From positions 38,564,001-38,628,000 of the forward strand of contig OX597829.1 of NCBI GenBank assembly GCA_951406725.2: a stretch of DNA of 64,000 bases, in the 5' to 3' direction. The notes beneath the pieces are model-generated. The model did not search any database and had not been told where the DNA came from. It worked only from the letters and a program-made list of their open reading frames with translations. Shown piece by piece: positions 1 to 11,369 of the stretch (within the stretch, counting starts at the first letter, position 1; each line of letters starts with the position of its first letter). The position numbers were made by a program, and so were the translations under genes. The stretch comes from Octopus vulgaris (lineage: Eukaryota).

Positions 1-52
1 ACATATAGAGCTTACAATGAGTTTTATTCAATTCCAGGATTCCTTATTACTG

Positions 53-53
<1 letters not shown>

Positions 54-106
<53 letters not shown>
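54..106. repeat. (TA)n microsatellite
   Basis: Pure TA run; similar TA runs recur throughout the window. Confidence 0.95.
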
Positions 107-113
<7 letters not shown>

Positions 114-1196
114 ACAGAACTTTTGTATTGGCTTGTGAGATCTATTCAAAGAATTATGCTGAATAAAACTGAATGCATATTTGGTTACTGTCACTACGCC
201 ATGTTTAATAAAACAGTTTTACTATTTTTTTTTTTTTTTTATAATATTTAAATGTTAAAAAAACTTTTCAAATAATATAGTAGAAGAAGATAGAAAAAAT
301 ATCACAAAATCTCTAACTCTTGACAGTTGAGGCAGAACTCTAACATGTTTGAATTGAAATGATGCAGAGATATCCATAGATCTTTTTTAGTTCTTCATCA
401 CTCTCTGTTCCTGTTCAAATGAAATGAAGAAGTAGCTACTATTGTAAGACAAACAAAGCATTTTATTTATAAAATCACATTGTCACAGCTTTAAAATGTC
501 TGATTCCATAGATCACAATACTTCAAGCAGATTTCACAAACAGGTTTAAAAAAAAAACATTTTACATACAAAATAACACTGAAATGGAATTTTGAAAGAT
601 ATGTTTCCGAGAAGACTAATTTGGAAATAACAAATTGTTTTTATCCTACTGTAAAAATTGATTCTTAATACAAAGCTTATAAACTGTGTTGATTATTTCT
701 GTATATAATTCAAGTTATCACACCAATTCAGTGTTTATTCTTCTTAAGTATTTTTATCCAGCGGTATTAGTAAAATCTACACTTCACTGAAGAGATTTTA
801 ATAAGATTGAAACATATCCTGAGTTGCCACCCACCTGCCAAAATCAGAATTACATACTACTCACTGCCTACATTGCATTTGTAGTTACTTTTTTATTAAT
901 GAAAATTTCTGGACAAAGAAGGAATGGGTTGTCAACCATGAAACTAATGATTATTCACCCTTATTAAATCAGAAATTCTGATTAAAAACATTTTGTCCCA
1001 CAAAATTGAATATATTAATGTCAATTTGAATATTTAGGACAAAGATTTAATTCTAACTATCACACATTCATGATGGTTTTTACCTTAACTTATATCAAAA
1101 ACTTCAAAAACTTACAAAAACTTTAATGGCGGTGCCCCAGCATGGCCACAGCTCATTAGCTGAAACTGGAAAAATCAAAATCAAAATATCCATTTA

Positions 1197-1656
1197 GGTG
1201 CAGGTGTGGCTATGTGGTAAAAGGCTTGCTTCCCAACCACATGGTTCTGAGTTCAGTCCCCTCGCATAGCACCTTGGGCAAGTGTCTTGGGCTGACCAAA
1301 GCTTTGTGAGTGGATTTGGCAGACAGAAAACTGAAAGAAGCCCATCATGTATATATTTCTGTGTGTGTGTGTGTGCAGATATTTTCCTCATTCTAGCATG
1401 GAACATGAACATTAAATGATGATGGTGATGATTTCTGTGTGTGTCTTTGTGTCTATGTTTGTCCCCGCACCATCACTTGTCAATTGATGTTGGTGTGTTT
1501 ACGTCCCCATAACTCAGCAGTTCAGCAAAAGAGACCAATAGAATAAGTACTAGGCTTACAAAGAATAAGTGCTGGAGCTGATTTCTTTGACTAAAACCCA
1601 AAGTGATGTTCCAGTATGGCCACAGTCAAGACTGAAACAAGTAAAAGTATAAAAGA
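1197..1656 (+). mobile_element. tRNA-derived SINE, family A, near full length
   Basis: A-box TGGCTATGTGG, B-box GTTCAGTCC, CACCTTGGGCAAGTG core, central TG tract, GACTGAAACAAGTAAAAG tail; aligns with many other copies in the window. Confidence 0.9.
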
Positions 1657-2134
1657 ACCATAACTTCAAACTTTTGCTAATCCCTATTTATTCTTTTCTT
1701 TGTATTCAATATATAATTCTACCTTTCTTGATACATTTATTAACTTCATTTAAAAAATTTTCTTCAATTTCCTATCCCTATTTAGTTAATTATCACAATC
1801 TTTAATTTCTATTTTATCTTGCAATTAAATATTACACACACACAAACAAAAAAAAATTAAAAACTTAGTCTATAAGTATAATTTTCTTTTTAAATTTAGA
1901 CTTTACATGCATTTTTGAAAATGGAATTAGTTGAATGGAATCTTTAACCTTTTTGACACCTACTCACATGTGACTGCCTTTAGTTCTCTCAGATAAAACC
2001 TCAAAATTTTTTAAACGCTCATATTTACATTAAAACATTTCATCATAGCTAGTTTTTTTTTTTTTTTTGAGGGGTGAGTACATAAAACTAAGTTCTAGGC
2101 TTTAGGTTAATCATGAAAAAATAAGGGTCTATTT

Positions 2135-2334
2135 TAATACTTTTGTTGCCATATTTATGTTGAAATATTTCTTTTAACTTTGAAAGTTATGAATTTAATA
2201 GAATAACTTTAGCATTAAGCTGGTCTCTGGAGTATAAATTAACATGAAATTTTGATCAGTTTTAATTAAGATCATTTTAAGGCCAGAGGTTTGTATCACA
2301 GATCAAGGAGTGGTCTTGTGTATTGGTATTAAAA
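2135..2334. mobile_element. Degenerate piggyBac-type MITE related to the 10.1 kb copies
   Basis: TTAA start; internal sequence resembles 10098-10313 (CATTAAGCTGG, ATAAATT, TTTAATT, TTTGTA); ends TTGGTATTAAAA. Confidence 0.5.
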
Positions 2335-2743
2335 TCATCATCATCATCGTTCAACGTCTGCTTTCGATTTTTGCTGAGGGCTGGCGAACCAGATGGCTGC
2401 ACCAGGCTCCAGTCTTGATTTGGCAGAGTTTCTACAGCTTGATGCCCTTCCTGACACCAACCACTCTGAGAGTGTAGTGGGTGCTTTTTACATGCCACCG
2501 GCATGGGGGCCAGTCAGGCGGTACTGGCAACGACCTCGCTCGAATCCTTTTATACATGCTACCAGCACAGGTGCCAGAAGGTGACTTTGGTAATGATCAT
2601 GCTCAAATGGTGCCCTTTTACATGTCCACTGGCACGGAAGCCAGTTGGCTGCTCTGGCAACGATCACGCTTGGATGGTGCTCTTGGCACCTTACTAGCAC
2701 GGACACAAGTGCCAGAAAGCGACGCTGGTAATGATTACGTTTA
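2335..2743 (-). mobile_element. RTE LINE 3' UTR fragment, family C, 5'-truncated
   Basis: (CAT)n tail, GGATGCCCTTCC-like block, modular GGCACGTAAAAAGCACC units; ATTAAAA direct repeat at 2328-2334 and 2744-2750 (TSD). Confidence 0.85.
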
Positions 2744-3739
2744 ATTAAAACATTACATCAGTTTTCTGTAAGAACTTTTTAAACTAAAGTTCCAAAGAGA
2801 ACTTAATAAGGGAAAAAGTGGGTTATTTTACTATACCCTTCCAAATTCTTGATTATGTTAAAAAAGAAAAAGCTAAAATACTATAGGCATTAGGAAAATA
2901 TGGCTACAAAATTGTAAATCCAGATATTTTTGCATAAATTATTGGAAATCGTTGTTTTGAAACAGTCTTTGCAGTTCAAACTATTCGACTGTGAAAATAA
3001 CTAAAATACATATCTAACCTTTTGGTCTTTTGGTAGGCTGATAAAATCTAAGTATCATGTCTTGTTTACCATTACAATGTAATGATGAAGAAAATTTAAT
3101 TTCAGAAGCACAAGTTCATACTATGACCTTAACTTCACGTCTCTTTTAGTGTCAATTTCGAATTCTTACATTCTCAGACATTGCAAATTGATTGTTAATA
3201 CAATCCAATAGATTACATTCAAACATTTATCTTTTCTAGATACTTTCAACATTTTTACCAATAAGAGAAAAGTATTCGTTTCTATTGACCAGGAATATAA
3301 TAATTGGTTCGCATCATGAATAGAATTGATTAAAGAGAGAAACGGTAACAACAATAACGATGATAATAGTGGTGGAGATATAATGTCTGCGAATGATAAA
3401 TATCAATGTGATGATGCATACGGAAGTGTTACATGAAAAACAGAAATAAAACTAAAGTGCATGAGCATTACACACGCACATACCTACAACAACCGACGTC
3501 ATTTAAGAATTTTATGAAGGAAAGCAATGACTGTGGGAGGAGGAGGTTATAAAGTTCAAGTAGTTTCCCTCTTTCTTCCCTTTCTTTTCTCTCCCTCTTT
3601 TATTCTTTTCTCTTTTTTTTTTCGCTCTTTTCTCTCTAAGTATTTATCTATGTCATGTATGTCTCTTTATGTCTGTTTGTCTCTGTTGCAAAGACTGATT
3701 TCTCTAATGCTCCTAGCATTACTGCAATGAATTCATCCG

Positions 3740-4260
3740 ACGGCAGAACTTCTGCATGGTTGCTTGACCTGCTAGAAATAGCTAGCAAATCTAAAATCAT
3801 TATCTACTTTTTCCCCACCTTTTAAAGAATGAGCGGGCACATTGAATAAAATTCAGGTTGGGTGTAGGGAAGATGAGATGGTTACCACAACACCTTCGAT
3901 AGATAGGTCCACTTTCTCAGGAGCTAAATAACTCCGTCACTATAAATTTGCCAAATCTGGTATTGTTTCTGCCCCTAAACATCTTTAATGCACTTGTTCC
4001 ACCACCCCTTCCCTCACTCCTCCCTCCATGTCTTAACTACCCTATTATTCCCCACCTCTTAGACCCTTCTTGTGAAAATGTATTCCATTGAATGAACAAG
4101 GGAGTTTCTATGAAATCTTGCTAGAAATAGTCACAAATCTCCCTTAAATAGCACCTTACTGTCTTAGATACATTAACCAGTGGGATGGCCACAGTTGGAA
4201 GGCCTTTTAATTATAGGTTTCCTGGATTAGGGTTTAGTTGAGAGGATCAAAGGTCAAAAC
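3740..4260 (+). mobile_element. Two degenerate copies of an old dispersed repeat (family F)
   Basis: GCTAGAAATAG(C)..AAATCT and GGATGG(T/C)CA..G(C/T)TGGAA motifs shared with copies near 11.7, 23.5, 42.6, 42.85, 51.1 and 53.7-54.2 kb. Confidence 0.6.
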
Positions 4261-5057
4261 AGCATCACCCAAATCAATGGTTTATGCAATATTATAGAAA
4301 ATTATAGTTGTGTAACCATAAAAATACATAGTATTATAATATTTGGGTAATGGTCAATAAATGCCAGTCATAAACTGAGGTAGTTGATTTAATTGAGAAT
4401 GTTTCACATTTATGAGTTTTATACTGTAGTGATTCTATGTTGTGTCAAGGTATGCAATATTTTACTGGATAATTATTAATTTCATTTCCACTTATGAATG
4501 CGTGATTATAATTTCTGTAAGCTCTGTGGCTCTCTTGTAGAGAAGAACTAAGTTTATCATACTTCAGCTGGTTTTTGAATACAAGACATTTAGTTGAATT
4601 GACACTGCAAATAATAGGCATTTTTCTATTCCTTGAAGTTACCGATTCTGATTTATCAGGACCTCACACATACAGGTACAAAAGCGCACACATGAAATCA
4701 GTTCTTGGACATTGGTCTTATACTGTCACTTTGGAATTTATTGCATTCGTTAAGTGTTCTTCTGTAGCCCTGAGCAGAAGAAAGATGATTTCAGCTTACA
4801 CAGCATTCATTATTTCAAGACATATTAAGGCTGTGAACAGACATTCAAGTGGTTTTATTCACATCTAGTCTTCTATGAAAACCTGTCCAGCCATGGATCA
4901 ATATGGAAAGAGCTAAGTAATATTTCAACAGGAATAGGATCGAGCTGTACAAAATCTGCTTTAGTGAATTCTTTCTAACCTATGCAATCATAGAAAAGTG
5001 GACATTAAGATCACAATATTGTAAAAGGTCAAGGGTCAGCTGAATTAGTGGGTTTAA

Positions 5058-5440
5058 GGCACAGGAGTGGCTGTGTGGTAAGTAACTTGCTTCCCAACCA
5101 TATGGTTCTGGGTTCAGTCCCACTGCATGGCACCTTGGGCAAGTGTCTTCTACTATAGCCACAGGCCGACCAAAACCTTGTATGTAGATTTGGTAGACGG
5201 TAACTGATATATGTGTGTGTGTGTGTGTGTGTGTCTGTCTGTCTGTGTTTGTCCTCCCCCCCGCCATCTCTTGACAACAGATGCTGGTATGTTTACATCC
5301 CCGTAACTTAACTGTTCATCAAAAGAGACCGATAGAATAAGTACTAGGTTTACAAAGAATAAGTCCTGGGGTCGATTTGCTCGACTAAAGGCAGTGCTCC
5401 AGTATGGCCGCAGTCAAACGACTGAAACAAATAGAAGAAT
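5058..5440 (+). mobile_element. SINE family A, full length
   Basis: GGCACAGGAGTGGCTGTGTGG head, B-box GGTTCAGTCCC, complete 3' half. Confidence 0.95.
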
Positions 5441-5999
5441 AGTAGTGTAGCTAATGAAGGAGCAAGGGGAGTGATTGCTCCTACGCAGCACATTTTTCAA
5501 AATTGGTACCTTTTATAAAATGTATAATCAGTGAGTTAAAAATTGTTTGGTCTGTGTCATGATGCCTTTTTTTTATGTACTCACTCCTTTCCAACTTTGG
5601 AATCAGACTATGCCCCTGGCTGTGAACAAAATGCAGTGTGGTACTTAGTTTTATAATGCTGTAGATTTGAAGGATGTTATTGATTAGAAGTCAGTGGTTT
5701 TAGTTCAAGGATAAAACTGTTACTATTAGCTTTCCTTGATTATATCAGCATGTACCATGCTTTTGCTAATGATTTCTAGGTGCCCATGCAATCATCAGCA
5801 AATGTAGACTTACACCATGTACACGCAGCATGAGACAGCTAGAGGAAGAAGGGACAGCATTGACTCTGGGCTGGTACTTTATTTATCAAACCAGAATGAT
5901 AATAACAAAGTTTACCTCAGCAGGAGTTGAAGTAAGTCAGAGCATAGAGCCAGAAGAAATATCATTGTGCATTGTATTTCATACTGTCATTACTCAGCT

Positions 6000-6096
6000 A
6001 AGCATATGCACACACTTGCACATACACACAAACATGTGCACACATATATACTAAAACACGTGTACATACACATGCACACATATATTCTAACATATG

Positions 6097-6141
<45 letters not shown>

Positions 6142-6207
6142 ACATGTATATAAACGCATGTATATGCACATATACAAATGTACATGTGCACAGACACACA
6201 CACACAC
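6000..6207. repeat. CA/TA-rich degenerate microsatellite
   Basis: Alternating purine-pyrimidine low complexity; explains the His/Thr/Tyr/Ile ORFs. Confidence 0.9.
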
Positions 6208-6348
6208 AAAGAACAAGTTCATGCCAGCTACATTAATTTGCTTTAATTTATAGCTTGGTAAATTCCAGAAAAACTTTTAATGCTCCAATTATAAACATCA
6301 ACTTAAATGCTCTGGCACGACACATCATTCATTTTAATCACCTATATA

Positions 6349-6382
<34 letters not shown>

Positions 6383-6387
<5 letters not shown>

Positions 6388-6779
6388 TTTTACTCTTTTA
6401 TTTGCTTCAGTCATTTGACCACCTTTAGTTGAACAAATCTATCCCAGGACTTATTCTTTGTAAGCCTAGTTCTTATTCTGTCGGTCTCTATTGTTGAACT
6501 GCTAAGTTAAGGGGATGTAAACACACCAGCATCAGTTGTCAAGCAATGTAGGGGGACAAACACAGACACACAAACATTTATATATACATACACACATATA
6601 CATACATACACATATATGAAAGGCTTCTTTCAGTTTCCATCTACTTAATCCACTCACAAGGCTTTAGTCAGCCTGAGGCTATAGTAGAAGACACTTTCCC
6701 AAGGTGCCACATAGTGGGACTGAACCTGCAACCATGTGGTTGGTAAGCAAGCTACTTACCACACAGCCACTCCTGTGCC
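6383..6779 (-). mobile_element. SINE family A, full length
   Basis: Reverse complement of 5058-5440; lies within a TA tract. Confidence 0.95.
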
Positions 6780-7387
6780 TATATATATATATATATATAT
6801 ATATATCACAACTATACCATTCTGTGGTATTCCAATATGGCTTTAACAGTAATGGCTAATAAAAACTTGAGAACATATCTATGAAGCAAGCCGATTACAT
6901 CTTCCACAAATGATTCTGTCTGATTTGTTTACTCATTTGCTTTTATGTAACAGACATATATATCTGTGTGTGGTTGAGAAATTTGATTCCCAATTACATG
7001 ATCTTGGGTTCAATCTCAGTTCATGATACCTTGGACAAGTGTCTCCTACTAAAGCCAAGGGCTAACCCATGTGAGCGGATTTGGTAGAAAGAAAGAAGCC
7101 TGTTGAAAGACATGCTTGAGAAATGGTGACCACCTTTGTTCACCATCCAGAAATTTCTGAGGTTACTTCAGCCACAGTTCACACATGTGCATCTTTACCC
7201 ATCACATACCTGAGTTCTGGATTTTCTAATGACCTGGAGGTAGTTAAGCTAGTGACTTTACTGTCAAGCTGACTCTAAAGCATGAATTTCAGTTCTGACA
7301 TATGTTAAGTAAAGATTAAATGGAACAGTTCATTTAGTGTATGCTTGGTCAACTGAGTTTTGTTGTTCCCCCAAACTTGAGTTATAT

Positions 7388-7801
7388 ACTCTTTACTCTT
7401 TTACTTGTTTAAGTCATGTGACTGTGGCCATGCTGGAGTACCGCCTTTAGTCGAGCAAATCGACCCCAGGGTTTATTCTTTGTAAGCTTAGTACTTATTC
7501 TATCGGCTTCTAAGTTACGGGGATGTAAACACACCAGCATCGATTGTCAAGCGATGTTGGGGGGGGGGGAGACAATCACAGATACACAAACATACACACA
7601 CACTTACATATATATACACACACACACACACACATATACGACGGGCTTCTTTCAGTTTCCGTCTACCAAATCCACTCACAAGGCCTTGATCGGCCTGAAG
7701 CTATAGTAGAAGACACTTGTTGAAGGTGCCACTTAGTGGGACTGAACCCGGAACCATGTTGTTGGTAAACAAGCTACTTACCACACAGCCACTCCTACGC
7801 C
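7388..7801 (-). mobile_element. SINE family A, full length
   Basis: Head ends CCACACAGCCACTCCTACGCC; TACTCTTT tail repeats. Confidence 0.95.
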
Positions 7802-8202
7802 TATATATACATCTATAGATTCTATTATATTTCTGATTATGAGTAAACAGGGTATGGTCAATCAAAGGGCTGACTGAATGAAACTGTTGTCAAAGAATGT
7901 AATATCTGTTTATGTAACATCAAAGACAACACATTTGTTAGTATATGTCAGCAGTGCATAGGCCACTTTCACTTTGAAATGCTATACCTATGCACCCTCC
8001 TCATATGTGGGAATTTCAACAGCAAATTTTGTAAACATTTTGTGATGGTCCTTGCAAGAACTCTGACAGCTGCTGTCTTCTTTTTTCATAATACCTTCTC
8101 GGTTTGTATTGTTTAAGCAATCAACTCACTCACTGTTCACCTCTTGGAGAATGGTGAAGCTACTAAAGAGTATATCTGTGTTGCTGTTGTTTTAATTTTA
8201 GC

Positions 8203-8615
8203 AGGCATAGCTGTGTGGTTAATGAGTTTGCTTCCCAACCATATGGTCTCACATTCAGTTCCACAGCATGGTACCTTAGGCAAGTGTCTTCTTACATGGC
8301 TCTGAGTTGACCATTACCTTGTGAGTGCATCAAACTGATAAAAGCTCTTAGCGTATAAATACATGTGTTGTGTTGTGAATGTTTGTCTCACCTTGTTTTC
8401 ATGTAATGTTTGATAGACATCATGTAGAGTTTTAAATGAATGTCATTCATTTCCAATGTTCTTCGAAGATACGTCTAACCAGGGATAAATATCATATTAC
8501 TTGGAAACAAGTAATGATTAGCAACAGGAAAGGTATCCTGATGTAGAAAATTTACCTCAATAAACCCCATCCCAATCCATGCAAGTATGGAAAAGTGTAC
8601 ATTAAACTGATGCTA
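8203..8615 (+). mobile_element. SINE family E (family A head, RTE-type tail), degenerate
   Basis: tRNA-like head as in family A; 3' end CAGGAAAGGTATCC...CCATGCAAGTATGGAAAAGTGTACATTAAA matches the family C terminus. Confidence 0.75.
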
Positions 8616-8712
8616 ATGCGGAATAAACAGCAGGAAAGAGTCGTAACTTGCTGGTCTGATTTTACGTCTTGTATATTGGAAAGAATCTAGCTTCTTTTTC
8701 TCACTGTATATA

Positions 8713-8943
8713 TATTCTTTTACTACCCACAAGGGGCTAAACACAGAGAGGACAAACAAGGACAGACAAATGGGTTAAGTCGATTATATCGACCCCAGTG
8801 CATAACTGGTACTTATTTAATCGACCCCGAAAGGATGAAATGCAAAGTCGACCTCGGCGGAGTTTGAACTCAGAACGTAACGGCAGACGAAATACGGCTA
8901 CGCATTTCGCCCGGCATGCTAACGTTTCTGCCAGCTCGCCGCC
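8713..8943 (-). mobile_element. SINE family B, full length, young
   Basis: GGCGGCGAGCTGGCAGAAACGTTAGC head, GAGTTCAAA B-box, GTCGACTTTGCNTTTCATCCTTTCGGGGTCGAT central block resembling the Deu/Nin SINE domain; CpGs retained. Confidence 0.95.
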
Positions 8944-9180
8944 TATATCATTCTTATATCACTGTATATCATTCTTCAGGTACATGCTTTAAAGAACTGC
9001 ACAGTTCATTAGGAATGCATCATTAAGTGTAGTAGCAATGGTGCAGTAATCTTGGTGCAGCAACATTGCGTTGATATATTTGCCACCATTTTTGGTGAAC
9101 TTGTGAAAAATATTCGATAAGGTCAAACTACTTTCACTATTTATTATTGATTTCAGCTTGTCTTGATTTTAGAAGAGATT

Positions 9181-9693
9181 ACACACACACACATGCACAC
9201 ACACATATGCACACATAAATATCACATACACACATATATCGGCTATACCAACATACTCGCCCCCCCCCCACACACACACATAGGCCCAAAAATATGCACA
9301 CACCACATGCATACACGATACACGCATCCCTCTCTCCAACAAAGACCTGTACAACCCCACTCATAGATACATCTTTAAGCCACCCTTATTCCTATACATG
9401 TACTCCACATGCATACACCCCCTTGCACACATTGCTAATCCTCAAGCAAACATACTCCCCCCCCAATACCATACACACACACACACACACAGTAATACTG
9501 ACAAACTAACACACAGACACGTATATAGGCAACTATGCATGCACGGCCAACATATACATGCACAAACTAATATTTACATACATACTATGTACACACATAT
9601 ATTTCCTTCACACATGCATACGACTTTACTCACTCACTCACTCACATATGTGCACATATACACATGCATCACACACACACACACACACACACA
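9181..9693. repeat. CA-rich low-complexity tract
   Basis: Degenerate (CA)n/(CATA)n. Confidence 0.9.
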
Positions 9694-10097
9694 TGTATGA
9701 ACAGAGGTGTCTGTAAGACTGAAGGTATTAGGCTCACAGAGATATAGATTAATGCAGACACACAGACAGCTTAAGGTCAATGCATAGAACATGAGAAACA
9801 GATGGGTTTATTGATTGGGTAGAATTGAATTTCAGATAGATTGATAAATTGACATGTAAGTGTGTGTGTGTGTGTGTGTGTGTGGGTGTGGAGGAGGAGG
9901 GTGGCATGCTTATGTGAGTATATGCAAATTATACACTAATGAAGACTGAAAACTTACATATGTATGGTGATGATGATGATGGTATTTTTTTTTTTTTGTT
10001 TTTTTTAGATTCTCAGTTAAGGCAGGCTATAAATCTGTAAGGAAATAGCATAATCAATTAGTGTCCCTCACTCCTCACACCAGGTTCCCAGCTTTAA

Positions 10098-10313
10098 CCC
10101 TTTCGTTACCATATTTCTGTTGAGATGCTCTGTGTTTCTTTCAATTAATTTTAGAAATAACAAAGAATTTAGTAAAATAACTTCGTTATCATTAAGCTAG
10201 GGTTAGGAACATAAATTGTGACTAAGGTTTGGTGGAAGATTTTAATTCAAAATTTATGGAAACAAGACGTTTGTACTACATAGTCAGTTTCAGCCAGGTT
10301 AGTATCAAAAGGG
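10098..10313. mobile_element. piggyBac-type MITE, copy 1
   Basis: TTAA at 10094-10097 and 10314-10317; termini CCCTTTCGTTAC and GTATCAAAAGGG; no ORF. Confidence 0.9.
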
Positions 10314-10344
10314 TTAAGAATTGTTTCTCTATTATATATTTTAA

Positions 10345-10565
10345 CCCTTTCGTTACTGTATTTATTTTGAGATGCTCTGTGTTTCTTTCAATTATTTTAG
10401 AAATAACAAAGAATTTAATAAAATAACTTAATTATCATTAAGCTGGTGTTAGGAACATAAATTGTGACTAAGGTTTGGTGGAAGATTTTAATTCAAAACT
10501 TATGGAAACAAGATGTTTGTACTACAGAGCCACAGCCGGTTTCAGCCAGGTTGGTAACGAAAAGG
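10345..10565. mobile_element. piggyBac-type MITE, copy 2
   Basis: TTAA at 10341-10344 and 10566-10569; TIRs CCCTTTCGTTAC and GTAACGAAAAGG; near-identical to copy 1. Confidence 0.9.
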
Positions 10566-11202
10566 TTAAAACGTTATCCGTATGTATGTGTGTGTATGTA
10601 TGTATGTATGTATGTATGTGTGTGTGCGTATATATATATACAATGTTGTGTGTAATTTAGTTTACACTCATGCATCATGGTTTCATCAGGTCAGTTCTTT
10701 TAGTGGACTGCACTTTATGTAAAGCTTGCCCTGTTTACTTTACTAATGATCAAATGTATATTAGACTTTACAGAAGTATGTGTAACTCAAGGTTGTATTC
10801 AGTACTTTGATGGTCAATGCAAACCCTTTGGTCCCTATGTGTGTGTGTTTGAAGTATGATGATGTGCTGCTGTGTGTTTTTTTTTTTGTTTTTGTTTTTT
10901 TTTGTTTTTATATCCTGCCTCATTTAATTACCTGACTTTATCATCTTTTTGCATAATGTATGGTAAATGATTGTCCAAGGATCAAGAATGAAACTTGGAA
11001 TGGTGACATAATGAGTCTTTGCTTTACAACAAAGAAATAAATTATTCTGAAATGCATTCACATGCCTTGATTGGCTGAGTTTGTTTTGCCTAAAACCCTT
11101 GATCAGACACATTTTAGTTATACCCGAGCTGTTTCTTTCATCCCTTTTCTTTTTCTTTCTTTTTTTTCTCTCTTTTTTTTTGCAACATTTATTTAAATAT
11201 AA

Positions 11203-11369
11203 CATGTTGGTGTGTTTACATCCCCGTAACTTAGCAGTTCGGCATGAGAGACTGATAGAATAAATACTAGGCTTACAAAGAATAAGTCCTGGGGTCGATT
11301 TGCTCAACTAAAGGCGGTGCTCCAGCATGGCCACAGACACATGACTGAAACAAGTAAAAGAGTAAAGAG
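11203..11369 (+). mobile_element. SINE family A, 3' half
   Basis: From GGTGTGTTTACATCCCCG to the GTAAAAGAGTAAAGAG tail. Confidence 0.9.

Noticed and set aside
5440-5618. PIF/Harbinger-like MITE ending CTATGCCCCTG
   Set aside because: Left terminus too degenerate to support
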